Source of the DNA: Amoebidium appalachense
Taxonomy: Eukaryota; Protista; Ichthyosporea
Assembly: GCA_963693365.1 (NCBI GenBank)
Contig: CAVNZM010000005.1
Location: 7,448,710 to 7,512,709, forward strand
Length of the DNA: 64,000 bases
Reading direction: 5' to 3'
The translations under genes and the position numbers were made by a program. Within the stretch, counting starts at the first letter, position 1, and every line of letters begins with the position of its first letter. This document shows positions 62,657 to 64,000 of the stretch, piece by piece. Below the pieces are notes generated by a model. That model searched no databases. It was given only the letters and a program-made list of their open reading frames with translations, and was not told the origin of the DNA.

Positions 62657-64000
62657 TTAGTTCTCCGTCTCGTCTTTCCCCACCTTCCTGTACTTGTATT
62701 GCTTCCTCCTATGCTCGTTTCTCTTCTCCTTCTCTCCCGGATACTTAAACTGCAGCCCGTGTTTATTGCACAGCGTCGCGGGTCCCTTTGGCCCTGTGCG
62801 CCACTGTGTCTTATGCTCCCTACCGTTGATGTTGCACCCACCGGGCCACAAACACCGCCTCAACTCTCTTGGAAGTTTTATAACTCTCCCCGTGTGCGGG
62901 TCAACGGGAGGGCCGCCGTAGAGCGATTCGTGGCTGCTGGTCCTGCGCATGACTAGGGACCCCGTGCTCAACCTACGCTGAGGCATGTGTCCAGGATACG
63001 GGCTCATGTGTGAAGGAGAGCACAAGCGCGGGCTCATGGCGGGCGAGCGCGGCTGGGCCGAATCCAGAAGGTTGTCTGCACACGCGTACGGGTCGAGCGG
63101 AGAGAAGGGGAGTGTAGGTGAAGCCGGAGCTGAGAAAAATGGGTCTGCGTGTGTGCCGAGGTGAGAAGGGCCGTCGTTGGGTGCGAACAAAAGCGTGTTT
63201 CTTGGTGCACCATGCTGCTGGTCGGCCAGGTCTCCCCACGGGGCAAAAAAACCTCCTTCAATGCTGTCCCGCGAGTCAAACGGAGAATTACCAGGGCTCC
63301 CAAAGGATCCATCCAGACAAAGCCCAGCAAAGTGTGTGCTAATTTTGAGCATGCCCAGAGACCTACTGCGTGGCCGGCTCAAGTCCCCTCCTCCTTGCGA
63401 GAAATCCCCAGTCAGAATGCCCGAGGGAGGGATGATGTTTACGCCCACTGGTGCGTCAAACTGCAAGTCCGAGTGGTTGCCAAGGCCGAAGTCGATACTG
63501 TCAAAGTTTGTCCCCAGAGGCTGAATAGAATGAAGGGAATTCGTGCTCAGGAGGTCGTGAAAACTCGCTGGCTCAGGCTGCAACCTGGTGGGCTGCTCAA
63601 AACGCCTCTGAGTCAGGTCGTGGTCGGGGACCCTGGACGGATAGTTTGAGGGCGAAGAAAGGTCCCCAAAGAGCGCTGCGCTATCCAAACTGAGATCAAA
63701 GGATCCCATGACATTGTGTTCTTGAAAGAGCAGCCTTGCGAGTTGGTGGGACGCCGGCTCCCGCTGGGATGTGGCCAGAAACTCGGCCACCTCAACCTCG
63801 GTCCGTTTAATGGAGTTGAGCATTCCTGACATGTCGAAAGAGGGCTCGTATGCAGGTGATGACGCTGGTTGAAGTGGTGAAAGGGTGGCGTCGGATAGTT
63901 TATGATTTTGAGGGAAAAGACTCGCTTTAGGGGAGGAAGAGAAACGGGGGCTGTACGACACGTGTATGTTGTTGCTTGGAGATAAGGTTTGGGGACGCTC
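62657..64000 (-). CDS. GATA-like zinc-finger transcription factor, 5'-partial (frame open to the window edge)
   Basis: Uninterrupted ORF of more than 440 codons: a Ser/Pro-rich disordered region, then RRCLWPGGCNINGREHKTQWRTGPKGPATLCNKHGLQF and a basic tail. QWRTGPKGPATLCN..GL matches the plant/fungal-type GATA core WRxGPxGxxxLCNxCGL. Confidence 0.8.
   Translation of the reverse strand, partial: ERPQTLSPSNNIHVSYSPRFSSSPKASLFPQNHKLSDATLSPLQPASSPAYEPSFDMSGMLNSIKRTEVEVAEFLATSQREPASHQLARLLFQEHNVMGSFDLSLDSAALFGDLSSPSNYPSRVPDHDLTQRRFEQPTRLQPEPASFHDLLSTNSLHSIQPLGTNFDSIDFGLGNHSDLQFDAPVGVNIIPPSGILTGDFSQGGGDLSRPRSRSLGMLKISTHFAGLCLDGSFGSPGNSPFDSRDSIEGGFFAPWGDLADQQHGAPRNTLLFAPNDGPSHLGTHADPFFSAPASPTLPFSPLDPYACADNLLDSAQPRSPAMSPRLCSPSHMSPYPGHMPQRRLSTGSLVMRRTSSHESLYGGPPVDPHTGRVIKLPRELRRCLWPGGCNINGREHKTQWRTGPKGPATLCNKHGLQFKYPGEKEKRNEHRRKQYKYRKVGKDETEN

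Overview
Eukaryotic nuclear DNA with small exons separated by introns full of (CA/TG)n, (CT/AG)n and long poly-C/G/A/T runs, so almost all ORFs in the supplied track are microsatellite artefacts. The organism is probably a non-animal eukaryote, possibly a unicellular opisthokont; this is inferred from a hybrid histidine kinase occurring alongside TMTC, SLC12A8-like and GATA genes. Manual GT-AG splicing gives six genes: a partial U1/matrin-type C2H2 zinc-finger gene (-), a 19-exon TMTC-family O-mannosyltransferase (+), a cytochrome b561 with 7 coding exons (+), a 12-exon MEDS-HisKA-HATPase-REC hybrid histidine kinase (-), an SLC12A8-like cation-chloride cotransporter (-), and a GATA-like factor with an aberrant C-X5-C-X21-C-X2-H finger (-, runs off the right edge). 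Non-autonomous transposons are present: a 3.3-kb hAT-type element with a perfect 8-bp TSD, a 408-bp hAT MITE and a 757-bp foldback. There is also a gene-local dispersed repeat and several structured hairpins. The most striking signals are (1) an intronised prokaryote-type MEDS sensor kinase and (2) unusual splicing architecture: (CA)n-G acceptors lacking a pyrimidine tract, TG/CA-bracketed introns, and tandem arrays of branch-point/acceptor sequence stacked in front of real exons in three genes. All exon models are manual and unverified by RNA data, and homopolymer lengths may be assembly-inflated.
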